DNA from: Paraspadella gotoi
Taxonomy: Eukaryota; Animalia; Chaetognatha
DNA: 64,000 nt
Assembly: GCA_051294375.1 (NCBI GenBank)
Contig: CM119265.1
Location: 16,853,304 to 16,917,303 of the forward strand
Direction of reading: 5' to 3'
Below, piece after piece: positions 23,788 to 38,329 of the stretch. The notes beneath the pieces were generated by a model, which worked only from the letters and a program-made list of their open reading frames with translations, ran no database searches and was not told the origin of the DNA. Position 1 is the first letter of the stretch, and each line of letters starts with the position of its first letter. The translations under genes and the position numbers were made by a program.

Positions 23788-26300
23788 AACTCCCACTTTA
23801 TCGAGCAGTGAGAGCTCGCGATCAGGCAAAGCTATACTAGTAGGGTCACTCTGCCCTCAAGCAAAGGGAAGACAGAAAGAGAGAGAGAGAGCGGGAAAGA
23901 AAGAAAAATAGGCCGAGAGAGAGAGAGAGAGGAGAAGGAGACCGTGACGCCCTGGACGAGTAGAGAGAGATGGAGAGAGAGAGAGGAGAGAGTAGTTGCT
24001 TCTGCTCAATTTTTATGAAAAATAATTCATCGATTCAATAATTTTTAAAGTTTTTTCTTCTTTCAATAAACTACCTATTTATTTTTACCTTTTATTTTTT
24101 CATCCAAAGATTCTGAAAAATAATCGCATTCATTAAATGATTTAGCCCACTTTTATTATTATCAAACAGTTTTACCTCCCACGATAGCAACCGCCTCTTC
24201 GTTCAATTTCATTATTTTGATTCTCATTTTCGCAGAACCAACAACTTTCGCCCCTTCACATTCTGCCCCTCACCATTTTAACCCTTTCCCCCGATGCCTA
24301 TACTCTTTCTCCCTTTCCCNNNNNNNNNNNNNNNNNNNNNNNNNNNNNNNNNNNNNNNNNNNNNNNNNNNNNNNNNNNNNNNNNNNNNNNNNNNNNNNNN
24401 NNNNNNNNNNNNNNNNNNNNNNNNNNNNNNNNNNNNNNNNNNNNNNNNNNNNNNNNNNNNNNNNNNNNNNNNNNNNNNNNNNNNNNNNNNCGTAAACTCG
24501 TTTTATGCAGCAAATTTATTCTCAGACGTCGTTTTTACTTCAAATCTTTGATACATAAAAACCTTCGCTTGGATTATTAACAATACCGCCTTATTATACT
24601 TTCCTTGGCGTTATTATTATATATATTATTCCAATTTCTACAATTTTTTTAAAAAAATGTTATTTTTTTATCTCTCTCTCTTTCTCTCCCCCCCCCAAAA
24701 AAAAACCCACAAAATTGAAAAAAAAAAAAGCATTTCATGAAATCTTAGAAATATTTCCCTTAGGTAAAACCTTGTTTTTTTAATTGCAAATTACTCGATC
24801 AAATTTTTTTGCTCTAAAATTTAAAAAAAAAACGTTCTATCTCGACTTTGGTTTTCGCGGGGCAAAAAACATTCCGCCGAGAAGATAATTAAATTCCTCC
24901 CAAAAATCCTTTCTAACAAGAAAAAAAGTTATAAAATAAAAATTGTCATGCCGCGCGTTGTAAAAAAAAAAAATAAATTTGGCGAATTTTAAATGAAGGG
25001 GAACTTTTAAAAGGAGCGAATCCTTCTCGGTATTTTCTTAGAAGACAAACCTTATATTACATAATTAACGATTGATGATTCAGCTTTATTTTTTTGTCTG
25101 TATTTTTTTGGGGGGAAATTTTCAAACAAAACGACGACGAAATGTTTGTTTATATGTGCCGTTCAACTTGTTCACGTTTGGACCAAACCGTGGAAACTAT
25201 TATCTTCGTGAGTGACTCCTCGTTCCTTCGTCCCCAACGTCCGCTTATTCATTTATCCGATCTCCTTTCATCTCCCTTTCTTCCTTCCTTCATCCCTTCC
25301 CTTTTTTTTACTACTCATCGCATGTCCTTCCAATTCCACGTTTTTTATGTGCGACGCAAAATTTGCTTCCTCCGCAAAAAGCGTGCATCGTCTCTCTCTC
25401 TCTCNNNNNNNNNNNNNNNNNNNNNNNNNNNNNNNNNNNNNNNNNNNNNNNNNNNNNNNNNNNNNNNNNNNNNNNNNNNNNNNNNNNNNNNNNNNNNNNN
25501 NNNNNNNNNNNNNNNNNNNNNNNNNNNNNATTCAGGATTCTTTTTTTTTCGTTTTCAAATTCGATTTTATATCGAAAGGAATTCGTGCCCAAACGCAGAA
25601 GGGATTGCTTTTAAGTGCAGGCAATGCGCATTGCGAAATTGTCTGAGCCAATGGCTCAGGTAGCCCAAGTCGATTCTGACCAAACTCAATCCCAGCGACG
25701 TCATGAATTAATTGATCGAAAAAATATTTCAACCTCGCTGCGCTATATGTAAGCGTAGCACTTGACGGTCGATAATAAGATGCTTTAAAAGATTTTAGCA
25801 CTTTTACTGTATATGTACATCTCTTTTATTATAATTCAACCGAGGTTAAACNNNNNNNNNNNNNNNNNNNNNNNNNNNNNNNNNNNNNNNNNNNNNNNNN
25901 NNNNNNNNNNNNNNNNNNNNNNNNNNNNNCCATCTTTATTATAATTTCCACCGAGCCTACGTGTGTGTGAAGATGTGTAATGAATTTGAAACCCACGAAA
26001 TCGACTCTTCCCTTATGTTCCAGAATTGCCCCCCCTCCCCCGCCATTTAAAAATCACGGCCCACTTGAGTTGCCAACGGAAGTCAGGGGTCAGCAATCGA
26101 CAATCTCCTTTCGAAGCCAATCACCCCGCTGACCTCTGCTGACTCCCTTTTTTTCAATTTTCTGATTTTCGACAGGTTTTTTTTTGTTTTTTTTTTTTCT
26201 TTGCTTCGGGATTTGCCTGGGTCAGGCGATCCTTAAAATCTGAATGAATCCTCGTCCGTGTCTCCTCATCTCTCAATTATCTCTCTCTCTCCTCCTCTCT

Positions 26301-26350
<50 letters not shown>

Positions 26351-28858
26351 TCCTCCTCTCTCTTCTCCTTTCCACTGTTTCTATGAAATCCTATTTAAAT
26401 TCTTTTCTCGTTCCCTCATCAGTTTAGTGAATTTACGCGTTTTTTCTCTCTCCAACGGCGAATCACTACTCGGCATCGGTCATTCACGCCGGAGTCACTT
26501 ACGAAGGCAAACTTGTCGTTTATAAAGGCCATTCACGTGGAAGCAAAAGTGTCAGTGCTACAAGCCGGTATAACGGTTCGTGAAATGTATTTAGCGCTTA
26601 AGGGGTTTCCGAAGTTTGTCCGAAGTTATGGTAGTCTGGCTTACTCATTTCTTCCCTTTTCTCGTAACTTATGTTTCCATTACAGTCTTTCATTAAAGTA
26701 ATTCTTAAAACCTCTTCCCCGTTTATAAAAGACAACCGCCATATCATTTTTTTTTCCATATGCCCACCAAGCTACCCTTCTATCACTTTTTATCCCCATT
26801 TTTACCCCAACCACCCGAGGCGATCAAGGTGGCGCCCACCCACCTATTCGTCATCTTCCCCTCTTCCTATTCCTCTCTCTTCCTTCTCTTATTCGCTCAT
26901 CACGGATCCTTCCTCCTCCTCCTCCTAACACTTATGCGTCACCTTTCACTTTGTCTTTCTTTTTCTTCTTCCTCTCCCTCTTATTTCTCTCTCTCTCTCT
27001 CTCCCTCTCTCTTCCTCTTCTCTCTCATCTCTCTCCTCTCTCTCTCGCTCTCTCTCAATCTTCACGAGTTCGAGTAAACTTTTTTTTTAAAATAAAGTCT
27101 TATCCATACGTCTTTTGGCCATGCCGGTGCTCGGGTTTTTCTCACTCTTCCTCCTCTTCCTTCTTCCCATGAAAAATAACGCTGCTCCTCCTCATCAATT
27201 CTATCCCTTCTTTGATTTCCCGCAAAGTCATTTTTAAATATATTCATCTTCATAAGTTTTTTTTTCTGTCTTATTTCCTTTTTTTTTTTTTTTTTTTGAT
27301 ACGATTAAGGTGGACGAGATCCAGATTACGCTTTAATTGCACGTCAAATGATTTGATTTGTATTTCGCTTATTCTTTTTAAATTTCTGTTGGCTTTTGTT
27401 TTCTTTCCAATTTTTGCTCTCATGATCATTCATACGTCTTTGTTTACAAAATATTCATCAACTATATGCCATTAAAAATATCTGGAATCCAACAATTCAC
27501 TACTATTTTTTTACCGCACCTCAAAGTTTTTTATTCAATAAGTCTAAAGCATACAAATGGCTCAATGATGTTTATCAGAATATAGATTTTTCGAGAACAC
27601 TCCCAGCTTCATAGTCATCAATTTACAAAGAGAGAAAGATAGAGATAAAGAGAGAGAGAGAGAGAGAGAGAGAAGGAGAGAGAGAGAGAGTCTTTTTAAA
27701 TGAAAAGGATGTTTCTCTTCGATTCTTCGATCGATTCTCTCTCTTTATTTTTTTTTCATCTTAATACATTTTTTTTTAGTATCGCGTAGTTATTGCCTTT
27801 ATCTGCTTTTATCTCTGGCACGTTTCACGACGAAGTATCGAGAATGAGATATTTAATTCAAAGTCTTGCCTTTTTCTTGTCATTTATTGAATCTTTTCGC
27901 AGAGGAGATACTTTATGTGAGATGTTTTTATCGTCGCTTTTATCAGTCGTTTCCGATAAGAGGAAGTAGTTCGTTGAGTTGTCTACGTTTTATGGAGAGT
28001 CAGTCCGTCTTTGGCGCATCTGAACAACTTCCCCGTGCACCTCGACAGTATCTGGAGCATTTTAATGAAGCTTCGATCCATGATTTTTCAGTTATGTGTT
28101 ATCGGGTTTTCGATCTCCCTTCTTAATTTTTTTTTTTCAAAATACAAACCATACCAAAAATGTTAAAGAATATCAAGATATCAATTGAGTCCAAAAACTC
28201 TCAAAAATTTTCAGAAACTTTAAAGTAAAAGAAAAATCTTCGACATAATGTTTAAATTTTTCTATAAATTCTTTTAAATTCAAATTTAAAGAAATCGTTG
28301 CTCTTTTCGAAAAAAAAAATGGCGACGAAATAGATAATCTCTCATATTTTCTTTTTTTTAAAAATCGATATTTTTTCGGAAACCTTTGACTTTTCCCCAT
28401 TGTATAGTTTCGAGAAAATTCGACGTTGCTCTCTTTTTATATCGATTCAGTTCTTGAATTTTAGAATTAAAAGGGCGCAAAACTGATATTTCTTACTTTT
28501 TCCATTTTTATTTTGGAACTCGAGAATTTTTCTTTTCTTTTTTTCAAACCAGTTTTTTTTTTCTTTTGTCAAAAAATACAGAAAATTTCAACCGTAACTA
28601 AAGACCTTTTAAATTTTTTTGGGAAAAAAACTCTAGTTCTCTTTAACAATTTAATCATCATCTTGTCGTAGCAATACGAATGTTTACGTATTTCTTGATT
28701 GCCTCTCTCCAATCTCTCTTCAGTCTTAGTATCAGAATTATTAGTATCATTATTTGTGTCTCATTATAGTATACAAAAACGAAATTATAACAATTTATTA
28801 TTATTTTTTGGCATTTATTTGTTCCCTTTTACAGTTGCATTATGAAATTAAGTTTTTC

Positions 28859-28914
<56 letters not shown>

Positions 28915-30795
28915 TTTTTCTTTATTTTTTTTCTCTCAAAAATCAATTACGATCCACAAATTGTCAGGTTTCCTTCTTCTTTTTCGTTTCGTCGTCAAAA
29001 ACGATTCATCCCAAGTAAAAGTGGCTTCTCGAAAATCTGGATGAATGTCTTCATCATCGTCGTAATTATCGTCCATAATAAATTATCATCATTATTATCA
29101 TTAATCAATAATCATTAATCAATTAATCAATCATCGTCGTCATTACAATAATCATCATCACCAATCAATCATCATTTTTTTTAGAACCGATCACCCACAA
29201 CTTTAAGGTCGACGGACGATAACGACACTCCCAGAATCGTCACCCCCACTATATTCAACTCTCCGCCACGGCTGCAAACCTGGCTCGCCACTCCCATGCC
29301 TCCCGCTCACCACAAATTCCGAAGGCGCCTCCATTGGCGGCGCGTCGGCATCTTCCGATTCCCTCTATTAATTTTTCCGCTTTTAATAATTCTCGTCTAA
29401 GATTAAGATTCACCGATTTTTCATCAATATTCTTTTTGCTCTTCCCTGCTTCCCCCCCCCCTTCTCCACTGGGTCCTCCCCTCCACCTCCCCTTCCCCAT
29501 CTCCTCTTTTTGGTTCTTCAATAATCTATTGAAGTCGATTAAACGAGAAAATGAAATTATTAAATTTTTTCAATATCGCGACGACGACGACGACGTCGTA
29601 AGACGAAAGGGAAAACTAAGAAAAGTCGAGATAAAATATCACGCGATTCTGTTTCGTGTTTCTTCGTTGTTTTTGTTTTGTTGCGGTTTTTTGTCGCCTT
29701 TCGGATACACTCTGCGGCCGTATTACTTTAAAAATATTATTTCGTGATGGATCTTCCTCCAGATAATTTCATTTTATTCATTTATTAGGCATATCTTTAA
29801 AATTGTTAGCAAGTCTAAATATTATTTAGTAAATAATTTCTTTTTAATCAAGTTTTTAAAACTCTTTTCGGCATAATTCTTTGAAACGAGCAAGCCAAAT
29901 TGTTTTCATGAAACGCTGCGGTTAGGCACTTCGTTTAGGCACTTAACCTGAACGCTGTAATAATATTTCACTAAATAATAAATAAAAAACATGACGCTGG
30001 AATCTCCGCTTGTGTTTGGGAAGAAATTATTAAAGAGAGGAAGGGATGGAGGAAAGGAGTGGAAAAAGAAAAGAGGAGGCAGAAAAAAGGAAAGAGATCT
30101 GGGTCGTTAATGAATTGTTTCCTCCGTCGGGTTAATTTGATAAGCCTCTCTCTCTCTCTCTCTGTCTCTCNNNNNNNNNNNNNNNNNNNNNNNNNNNNNN
30201 NNNNNNNNNNNNNNNNNNNNNNNNNNNNNNNNNNNNNNNNNNNNNNNNNNNNNNNNNNNNNNNNNNNNNNNNNNNNNNNNNNNNNNNNNNNNNNNNNNNN
30301 NNNNNNNNNNNNNNNNNNNNNNNNNNNNNNNNNNNNNNNNNNNNNNNNNNNNNNNNNNNNNNNNNNNNNNNNNNNNNNNNNNNNNNNNNNNNNNNNNTTC
30401 TCTCTCTTTCTCTCTCTTTCTCTCTCTCGCACTCAAACAAGCACACAAAACATCCTGATCATGCCGAACAATCACGAAGAAAGTCTCGAATACATAGCCC
30501 AGTGGATGTGAGGTTTTATTTTATTTTTCATTGGGAATTGTTAGAAATAAAGAAAAAAAAAACAAACAAACAAAAAACTAAGAAACAAAAAAAAGCGAGA
30601 GAAAGAAAAATCTGTACATCTTCTGCTCGAAGGTTACACTATTCGGCCGGGTTCTAATTTTTCCAAGTTGGCATCTTTTATAAAAACACGATCCTCTCGG
30701 GGGCTGAGAACATCTTTTATGCTCTCCTCTCATCACAACTTTTAAGTTTTATTACAAAAATCTGGCTTCTGTTTTTCATAAGATCGCTCGGCTTG

Positions 30796-30845
<50 letters not shown>

Positions 30846-31414
30846 TCTCTCTCTCTCTCTCTCACTATCCGGGTTTGTCCGTCAATGGAGCGGTGACCTC
30901 GTTCTCGTTATATATTATTACAGGTTTCTGTTGTTGAGCTCTTCCGCCGCATCTGAATTGCGTGGGATATGATATCAACGTTGATCTTTCACTCTTTCCG
31001 AAGCTTAAGTATTTATGATCCCGCGTCCCTGGATCGAGATGCGTAAATCAATTCACAAGAAAAAAAAACTGTTGAGGCGTTTACAGACACTTTTTCCCGG
31101 ATTATGTATCGGCGTTTTATTGTAACATGTTAACTTAACACGTAACAATAGCATTGTTATGGGGGACCCAAAAATATATATGGCCCCCAACTTCGATGGC
31201 ATGTAAAAACTTAACTCGAAAAAGCAAGCAAGTAAAAAAGAAATTAAAAAAATAAGAGAAGAAAGAAGAGAAGAAAGAAGAGAAGAAAAGAGAGGAGAAA
31301 AGAGAGGAATATTCTCTAAACAAAAGATAATCTAATCGTCGCGGCTAAAAGTTTCCGGAGAAAAAAAAAACTAAATAAGGCGGAAAGAGGATTGTCTCTC
31401 TCTCACTCTCTCTC

Positions 31415-31471
31415 ACTCTCGCACGCAGACACTCGCTCTCGCACGTAAACACTCGCTCTCGCACGTAAGCA
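31415..31471. repeat. 20-bp minisatellite, ~3 copies
   Basis: ctctcgcacgcagacactcg / ctctcgcacgtaaacactcg / ctctcgcacgtaagca. Confidence 0.75.
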
Positions 31472-33116
31472 TTCCACTTCTATTCTGCTCTTGATTAAAA
31501 CCAAATTTCGGATTATTTTTCTATCCNNNNNNNNNNNNNNNNNNNNNNNNNNNNNNNNNNNNNNNNNNNNNNNNNNNNNNNNNNNNNNNNNNNNNNNNNN
31601 NNNNNNNNNNNNNNNNNNNNNNNNNNNNNNNNNNNNNNNNNNNNNNNNNNNNNNNNNNNNNNNNNNNNNNNNNNNNNNNNNNNNNNNNNNNNNNNNNNNN
31701 NNNNNNNNNNNNNNNNNNNNNNNNNNNNNNNNNNNNNNNNNNNNNNNNNNNNNNNNNNNNNNNNNNNNNNNNNNNNNNNNNNNNNNNNNNNNNNNNNNNN
31801 NNNNNNNNNNTTTTTTTTTGTTCTCGAGAAAGAAAGAGCATCCTACTATTGATGAACGATAGTTTGATGTAATCTTGCATTTGCTAACGTATTTATAATT
31901 TTTTAAAAAAAGTTTTTAATTATTTTAACTAATCACTTTAAAGAAGATGGAGGGTGCGGAATATATATTCAAAATTCATATGCTTAAATTTCAAAATCTG
32001 GCAATAACCTCTCTCTCTCTCTCTCTCTCTCNNNNNNNNNNNNNNNNNNNNNNNNNNNNNNNNNNNNNNNNNNNNNNNNNNNNNNNNNNNNNNNNNNNNN
32101 NNNNNNNNNNNNNNNNNNNNNNNNNNNNNNNNNNNNNNNNNNNNNNNTCTCTCTCTCTCTCTCTCTCTCCCAAAAAAGCGAAAAATCTTACGTTTCACTT
32201 ATGGTTTTCATCCACTTCTCTTCCTTCATAATTGAAAAGAACAGATTGAAATACTTTCGTGATATTTTGCTCTTTTTTATATTTTCGCTCTTCCTTTACT
32301 TTCAAACAGAAAGATCATTCATTCGAGGGAAAACAAAAACTATTTTTGGGTTTTGGCCTCCAAAGAAGACTGGAGGGAGATATTATTTTTCTGAGATCTA
32401 TTCGATGTTAGGGAGTACCTCAGTAATGAGGGGGGGGGGTGAAATAATTCTTCGATTGAGCGCATTCTCTCATATTTTTTTTCCGTAGGATTGAAAGCTA
32501 GGAAACTGTCGCTCAATCTTCGACTTTGTTAACGTGTGATACTAAATCCTTTAGTAATTCATTCGCGACAGCGACAGCTAAAAATTGAAGCGCATTCGGC
32601 GCTCCAAAGACTCAACGCGGTCCCCCCCCCAAAAAAAAAACCCCAAATACACGCGTGTGTAATAGTATAGGTCTTTCGGCAAAGAAGTGAACCGAAAAAA
32701 AATATGGAAAGGTTTACCGTGAATCTCTGGCGATTTATTCTCGCGATTCGGGAAAGAGAAGCTTAAAATCCCGATTCACATGCTCACACTTACGTGACTA
32801 CGGGTGGGAGAGTCGGAGAGTGAGACTGTGAGAGGTGAGAGAAATTGAAAAGAGATTTCTTATTATAGGAGGGAAAAAACTCATTCTACTAATTCAGTTC
32901 AAGTTTCCACACATCATTTATGTGAAAGCGGTACAACGAATATGTATCTTATTCATAACCGGAACCCCCTTTTAATATCCCGGTATCCCTACCACTTCTC
33001 GTCATCCTTTTTTCCATTTCAGAAAGAACCACATTTTTTAAGGGGATGGTGCAACATCTCCTCCCCAGCTCGCCTCCAAATTAAATTCTTCTAGTTATTC
33101 CCAAGATTTTTTTCTT

Positions 33117-33253
33117 TGTTTTTTGTTTTTTGGTTTTTTTACGTTTTTTTTTTCGTTCTTATTTCTTTTGTTGCGTGTCTGCACAATCTTTTGCCCTCTC
33201 TCCTCATCTCTTCTTCGTCCTCTATCTCTCTCTCCTTCTGCTCATCTCCTCTC

Positions 33254-33300
<47 letters not shown>

Positions 33301-33904
33301 CTTTAGCATCTTCTGCGTCGTATATATCTCTCTCTGTCGTCATCCATTTCGCTCCGCTTGTTCATTTGCATCTTGGATCTCAGAGTTGGTCCAACTCTCG
33401 CACTAGAGATGCGGCCCTCTTCCGTTCTTGCGTAACTCTCCTCTCTCTCATCCTATCTCTCTCTCCTCTACTCTCTCTCGTCTCTCTCTCCCTGCTCTCT
33501 GCTACTGTCTCTCTTCTTCTCGTAATATATGAATTTCACTCCGCGACAGCAGATGATCTCCCGCGTTTTCTTTTCCACTTTCGTCTCGTCAACCCCCGAA
33601 AACTTGTTATTTCTTCTTTCTTCTCTCTCTCTCTCTCCCTCTCTCTGCCTCATTCCTCCTATCATCTCGTCTCGTCCTCTCAGTCGATTCTCTGTCCGCC
33701 GACTCTCCCTCTCTCCTCCGTCCTCATCTCCTCCTCTCTCTTCTCTCTCCTCTCCATCCTCGTCGTTCTTCTATCTCNNNNNNNNNNNNNNNNNNNNNNN
33801 NNTCTTATGTTTTTTGTTTTTTGGGTTTTTACGTTTTTTTTTTTCTTTATTTCTTGTGTCTGTCTGCTGCGACTCTTTTGCTCTCTCTCCTCTCTCTCTT
33901 CTCT

Positions 33905-33938
<34 letters not shown>

Positions 33939-33954
33939 TTCTCTCTCTCCTCTT

Positions 33955-33997
<43 letters not shown>

Positions 33998-34139
33998 TCT
34001 GCGTCTTTTTCTCTCTGTCTCATCCAATTTCGTCCGTTGTTCATTTGCATCTTGGATCTCAGAGTTCTGGTACCAACTCTCGACAATAGAGAGATGGGCG
34101 CCTCTCGCGTTTGCGTCTCTCTCCTTCTCTCTCTCATCT

Positions 34140-34170
<31 letters not shown>

Positions 34171-34400
34171 ACTCTCTCTCTCTCTCTCTCTCTTCTGCGG
34201 TAATAATGAATTTCACTCGCCGATTAGCGCAGACTGATCTCCCGCGTTCTAGTTAATCCACTTTCTCGTGCAACCCGAAAACTTTCGTTTTTCTTCTCTC
34301 TCTCTCTCGTCTCTCTGCTCTCCTCCTCGCTGCTTCTCTCCTCTCTCTCGTCTCTCTCTCAGTCTCTCTCTCTTCTCTCCCTCTCCTCTCTTCTCTCGCT
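33117..34400. repeat. tandem duplicate pair across a 25-N gap (likely assembly artefact)
   Basis: 33117-33777 and 33803-~34400 share unique anchors in order: ttcatttgcatcttggatctcagagtt, atgaatttcactc, tgatctcccgcgtt, aaccc.gaaaactt. They differ by many indels. Confidence 0.85.
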
Positions 34401-36444
34401 TTGCAGATTTAAGGAAGGAAAACTGGGCTCAATACTGAATCTTGATCTTGACAACGTAAAAAAATGTTGCTGAGGCGTTTTTCTGTCTACCCTTAAATTC
34501 TTTCTGTTCTATTCTTCAAAACCAAGCAGCTTCTCTCCTTCTCTATATCTCCTCTTCTCTCTCTCTCTACTGTCTCTCTCACTCTCGTATTTCTACTAAT
34601 GTTTTGTTGCAAATCTGAAAGAACGTTATCACTATTTTGGCGGAGAACTTTTTGTGGTCTTAATCTCTAAATTCCACGATTGTTATTGCTCTCTTCGTCT
34701 TATTTCCCCATTTTTTTCCCTCAAATTATGAAAATGCAGAGAGAGGACGCGTGGCAGGAGAGAGGGAAGAACTGGAGAGAGAATGAATGAGAGAGAGAGA
34801 CGAACGGGAGAGACGAGGAGACGAGAGCAGAGAAGAGAATGAGAGAGAGAGAGAGAGAGACATTGACAGGTGGAAGCATTTGTTGCCGCGTTTCCGCCTT
34901 TTATCCCGTAAATGACGCGGTATAAAGAAACAAAGAACAATAAGATAATGACAAGGGTATTCCATTCGAAACAAAAAAGTAACTTGATGGATTATTAATT
35001 CAACAATGTTTATTCTTAAAAGGAATACTCTAATACACATATAATTAAAATTAATTAGTTATTTTTGTTTACCGTCTTCTAACGACCACTGCTCAGACTA
35101 CCCTCTCCCGCAGAAAAAAAAAATTAAGGCGGTTGCGGGTTTGAAAAGCTGCCGCCCTCTTTTAAAAAACGCGGGATGGGATGCTTCCGAGCAGTCGAGG
35201 AAGTCGCAGGCAAATTTAGCAGCACAAATGTTAGCGATGAGCCGGGAAAGGAGCGCGGGAAAAAAGATTGAGAGAGGGAGGTAGTGAAGAAAGGAAGACG
35301 GATAGAGAAGAACAAAAAAGAGAGTGAGCAATTTAGAACAATTGTATGAAAGGCAGTTATAGAGAATATAAAACTCTACTTGAAATATAACAAATAAAAC
35401 TTAATAATTAGTACAATCATGTGATATCTGTGTTGAAAACGAGTGAAGTTTCGCAGCAAAAGGCGTTTAAAAAATAGTCGCGTGCGGAACGAAAATACAG
35501 TTTTGAACATTACTATATTATTGTAATATCTTCTGTTTTCGGTTTTTTCGCTTTAAAGCCTGAATAAGATTACAGAAAAAGAAGCGCAAAATAGGGGTTT
35601 GCCGAACCAAATCCTGACCGAGGGTACTGAGGGCATTGAAAAAAAGAGAGTCGGCGAAAAAAATCGATATTTAGCCGGGAACGAGGTTAGGAAGAAAAAA
35701 AAATAAATGGCAAAGCCAAGAGCGAATCTTGAAATGACTCGAATTTCTTGCGATGCTACTGCGATTTGATACTTGAATATTGATAAATACGTAGTAAAAA
35801 CTAAATTCAATCAATACATAACGTTTATCTTTCGTAACCTTTTTTCTACTATAATACTTAAGAAAGGTTGCTATCAGCGTCGACGAACTTGTTCTCTTTT
35901 TTCTTTTGATTTTTTCGTTAAGATTTTTTCTCTTTCCTTATTTTTTAATCAAACCTTCCGCTTCTTCCTTTGTTCCTTAAACATCTTCCCTTTTCTCTTT
36001 CTTCGGCACAACTTTTCCTTTTTTTCTCTCTCTCTTTTCCGCTCAAGATTTTTTCGATTCCCTCGACGCGTGAGATTTTGAAAAGTAACGAAATTGAAAT
36101 TCAACAAAAGTGACTAAGGCTGAGCGTATTGTGATTTTTTTTNNNNNNNNNNNNNNNNNNNNNNNNNACTTAAGTAGCGAAACCAAACATTAACAAAAAA
36201 AAATAAAAAAACTCGTATAGCGCAGCGGCCCATTAGCGCCAGAACAATCTCTCCGAGGTAATACAAGGGCGCCAAGCAAGCACCGCCTTCGGACGAGGTT
36301 CACCATCGACACCACACTCCAACGGGCACGTCTTGTATTGCCACCACGCCCACCACTCCACCTCGCCACCCACACACGCCACCGGTCCTGTCATTCCTAC
36401 TTTGCATTTTCGCCGGGAATTTGGACCCGAAGACGAAAAGAAGA

Positions 36445-37560
36445 ATAGAAACCTGCGCTCCGGAGGCGAATATCGGTGCGTCTCTTTCCGAAACTCCGAA
36501 GGGATTCGGAGAGTAATTTCTCCCGAGGGTCTGGAGCGAGATATCCGCGGATAGTGCGAGCGCCCCCAGGGACTAGGATGCGTCGCGGTCATTAATCAGG
36601 GGAATGTGGTGGCGGGGTGGAAGGAATGAGTAATGAGAGAGGAGAGAGAGGAGACGCACAGAGGAGAGAGCTAGAGGAAGACGCGAGCAGAGCTGACCGA
36701 GGAGCAGTATATGAGATGCAGAAGAGCGAATCTGTGAAGAGAGAGCAGTTCATCTGTCCACCCTCGCGAGAAAGAAGCAGAACAGGGATTCATCTTTTGC
36801 CTGACATTTACTTTTTGGTCTTTTCATTTCTCCGGTTTTCTTGCCAGTGTGGTCACCAGGAGTTACCACTCAGCGCGCACGTGATGAGAAGGGAGAGAGG
36901 AGAGAGATTGATGAATGTAAGAGAATAAGATAGAGATATTCGCCAGCTCCCTCTCGCGGGCGAGTTAATGCATCCACTTATAAAAACCGATTGGGTTAGG
37001 TGTTAAAAAGTAATAAGTTTATTTAATTTTGTTGAATTTTTGGAAACATGGTCGATCCTTGAGCAGAGCGCGCGAAATTATGGAGTGCTCTGCGGTTCGG
37101 AAAAAAAAACCTCGGAAATATCTCTCTCTTCCGAAACTCCGAAGGATCGAGATAATTCTCCCAGGGTCTGGAGAGACCCGGTAGTCAGCCCCCCAGGGAT
37201 AGAGCGGTGGCATAACAGAAGGGGTGGAGAATAGTATTGAGAGAGAGAGAGAGAAGAGAGGAGAGAGGAGAGAGAAGAGAGAGAGAGAGAGAGAGATATT
37301 GGGTTGGGGAAGAGAAGGGATTCATCCTTTGCCTGAATTTACTTTTTGGTCTTTTCATTTTCTCGTTTTCTTGCCATGTGGTCACCAGATTACCCACTCA
37401 CGTGAGAGAGAGGGAGAGTGAGAGAGAGAAAGAGAGAGAGAGAGATATTCCCACTCCCTCTCGCGGCGATAATGCGATCCACTTAAAAAACCCGATGGGG
37501 AAAAATAATAATTTATTATTTTTTAATTTTGGAAATTCGATCTTGAAAGGGCGGAAATTT
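36445..37560. repeat. tandem duplicate pair (insertion-rich copy, then cleaner copy)
   Basis: ~36445-37060 vs ~37105-37560 share ttccgaaactccgaagg, ggtctggag, ggattcatc.tttgcctga, tttactttttggtcttttcattt and tgtggtcaccag. Confidence 0.85.
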
Positions 37561-38329
37561 GAATTCCTTCAAACTTTTCTCTTTGAATTTATATTCGAGA
37601 CTTTGAAATCCGGAATTTCGTTCGTCTTTTTTTTTTTACGTCGTCGCCTTCGTCGTCGGATGTCAAAACCCACTTCCCCAGCCCCAAGAGGTTTCTCCAG
37701 CAATAACAGCGACCACTCGCGCGCGAATCCCAACCTCAACGACCTCTCAAGGACTCTACCTTTATTCCCCAGTCTCCACCCGATCCTTTCCCTCCCAGAA
37801 TAAACTTTCCCTTCTCTCTTCTCTTCTCCCACTCATTCGCGCCTCGCCGCTTCCCCTCCAAAAAGATCGAGTCTCCCGTTGGTGGCAACGAACTTCCATC
37901 AGCAACGAAGAAAAATTCCTCCCTTTCTTCGCCAATTCTTGTTTACTACGGGATCATCCCTTGTCGTTGTTGTTGTTGTCGTCGTTGTTGTTGTCGTCGT
38001 CATATTGTTCCGCTCTCTTAGCCTAGACATCCCCTCACCCTCGAACATGGCTCAGGCCTCTGCTTCCCGCCCTCCTCGGACCCCCTTCTTCCGCAGCTGG
38101 CGTCTTAAACCAATCCGGTCTCTTTTTTTCTTTTCTCTCTTTCCACTCCAGCCGCGTCCGCGGCGGCGACGGCAGCAGCAGGCGCCTCTGCCGCGTTTCG
38201 TACTACTACATCTCTCCGGTCCTTATTGTTTACATAGTAACCCCAGCCTCGGCTTTCTTTTCCCCTTGTCTCACTATCCCATGGCCTCCGTTTTCTTCAA
38301 ACCCCCCCTCTGAAAGCTCCGGGTATCAC

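Noticed and set aside
24217-32231. ORFs containing long X runs
   Set aside because: They are open only because they cross N gaps.
33123-34256. 377-aa ORF, the longest in the track
   Set aside because: CT-microsatellite sequence spanning an N gap and an artefactual duplicate.
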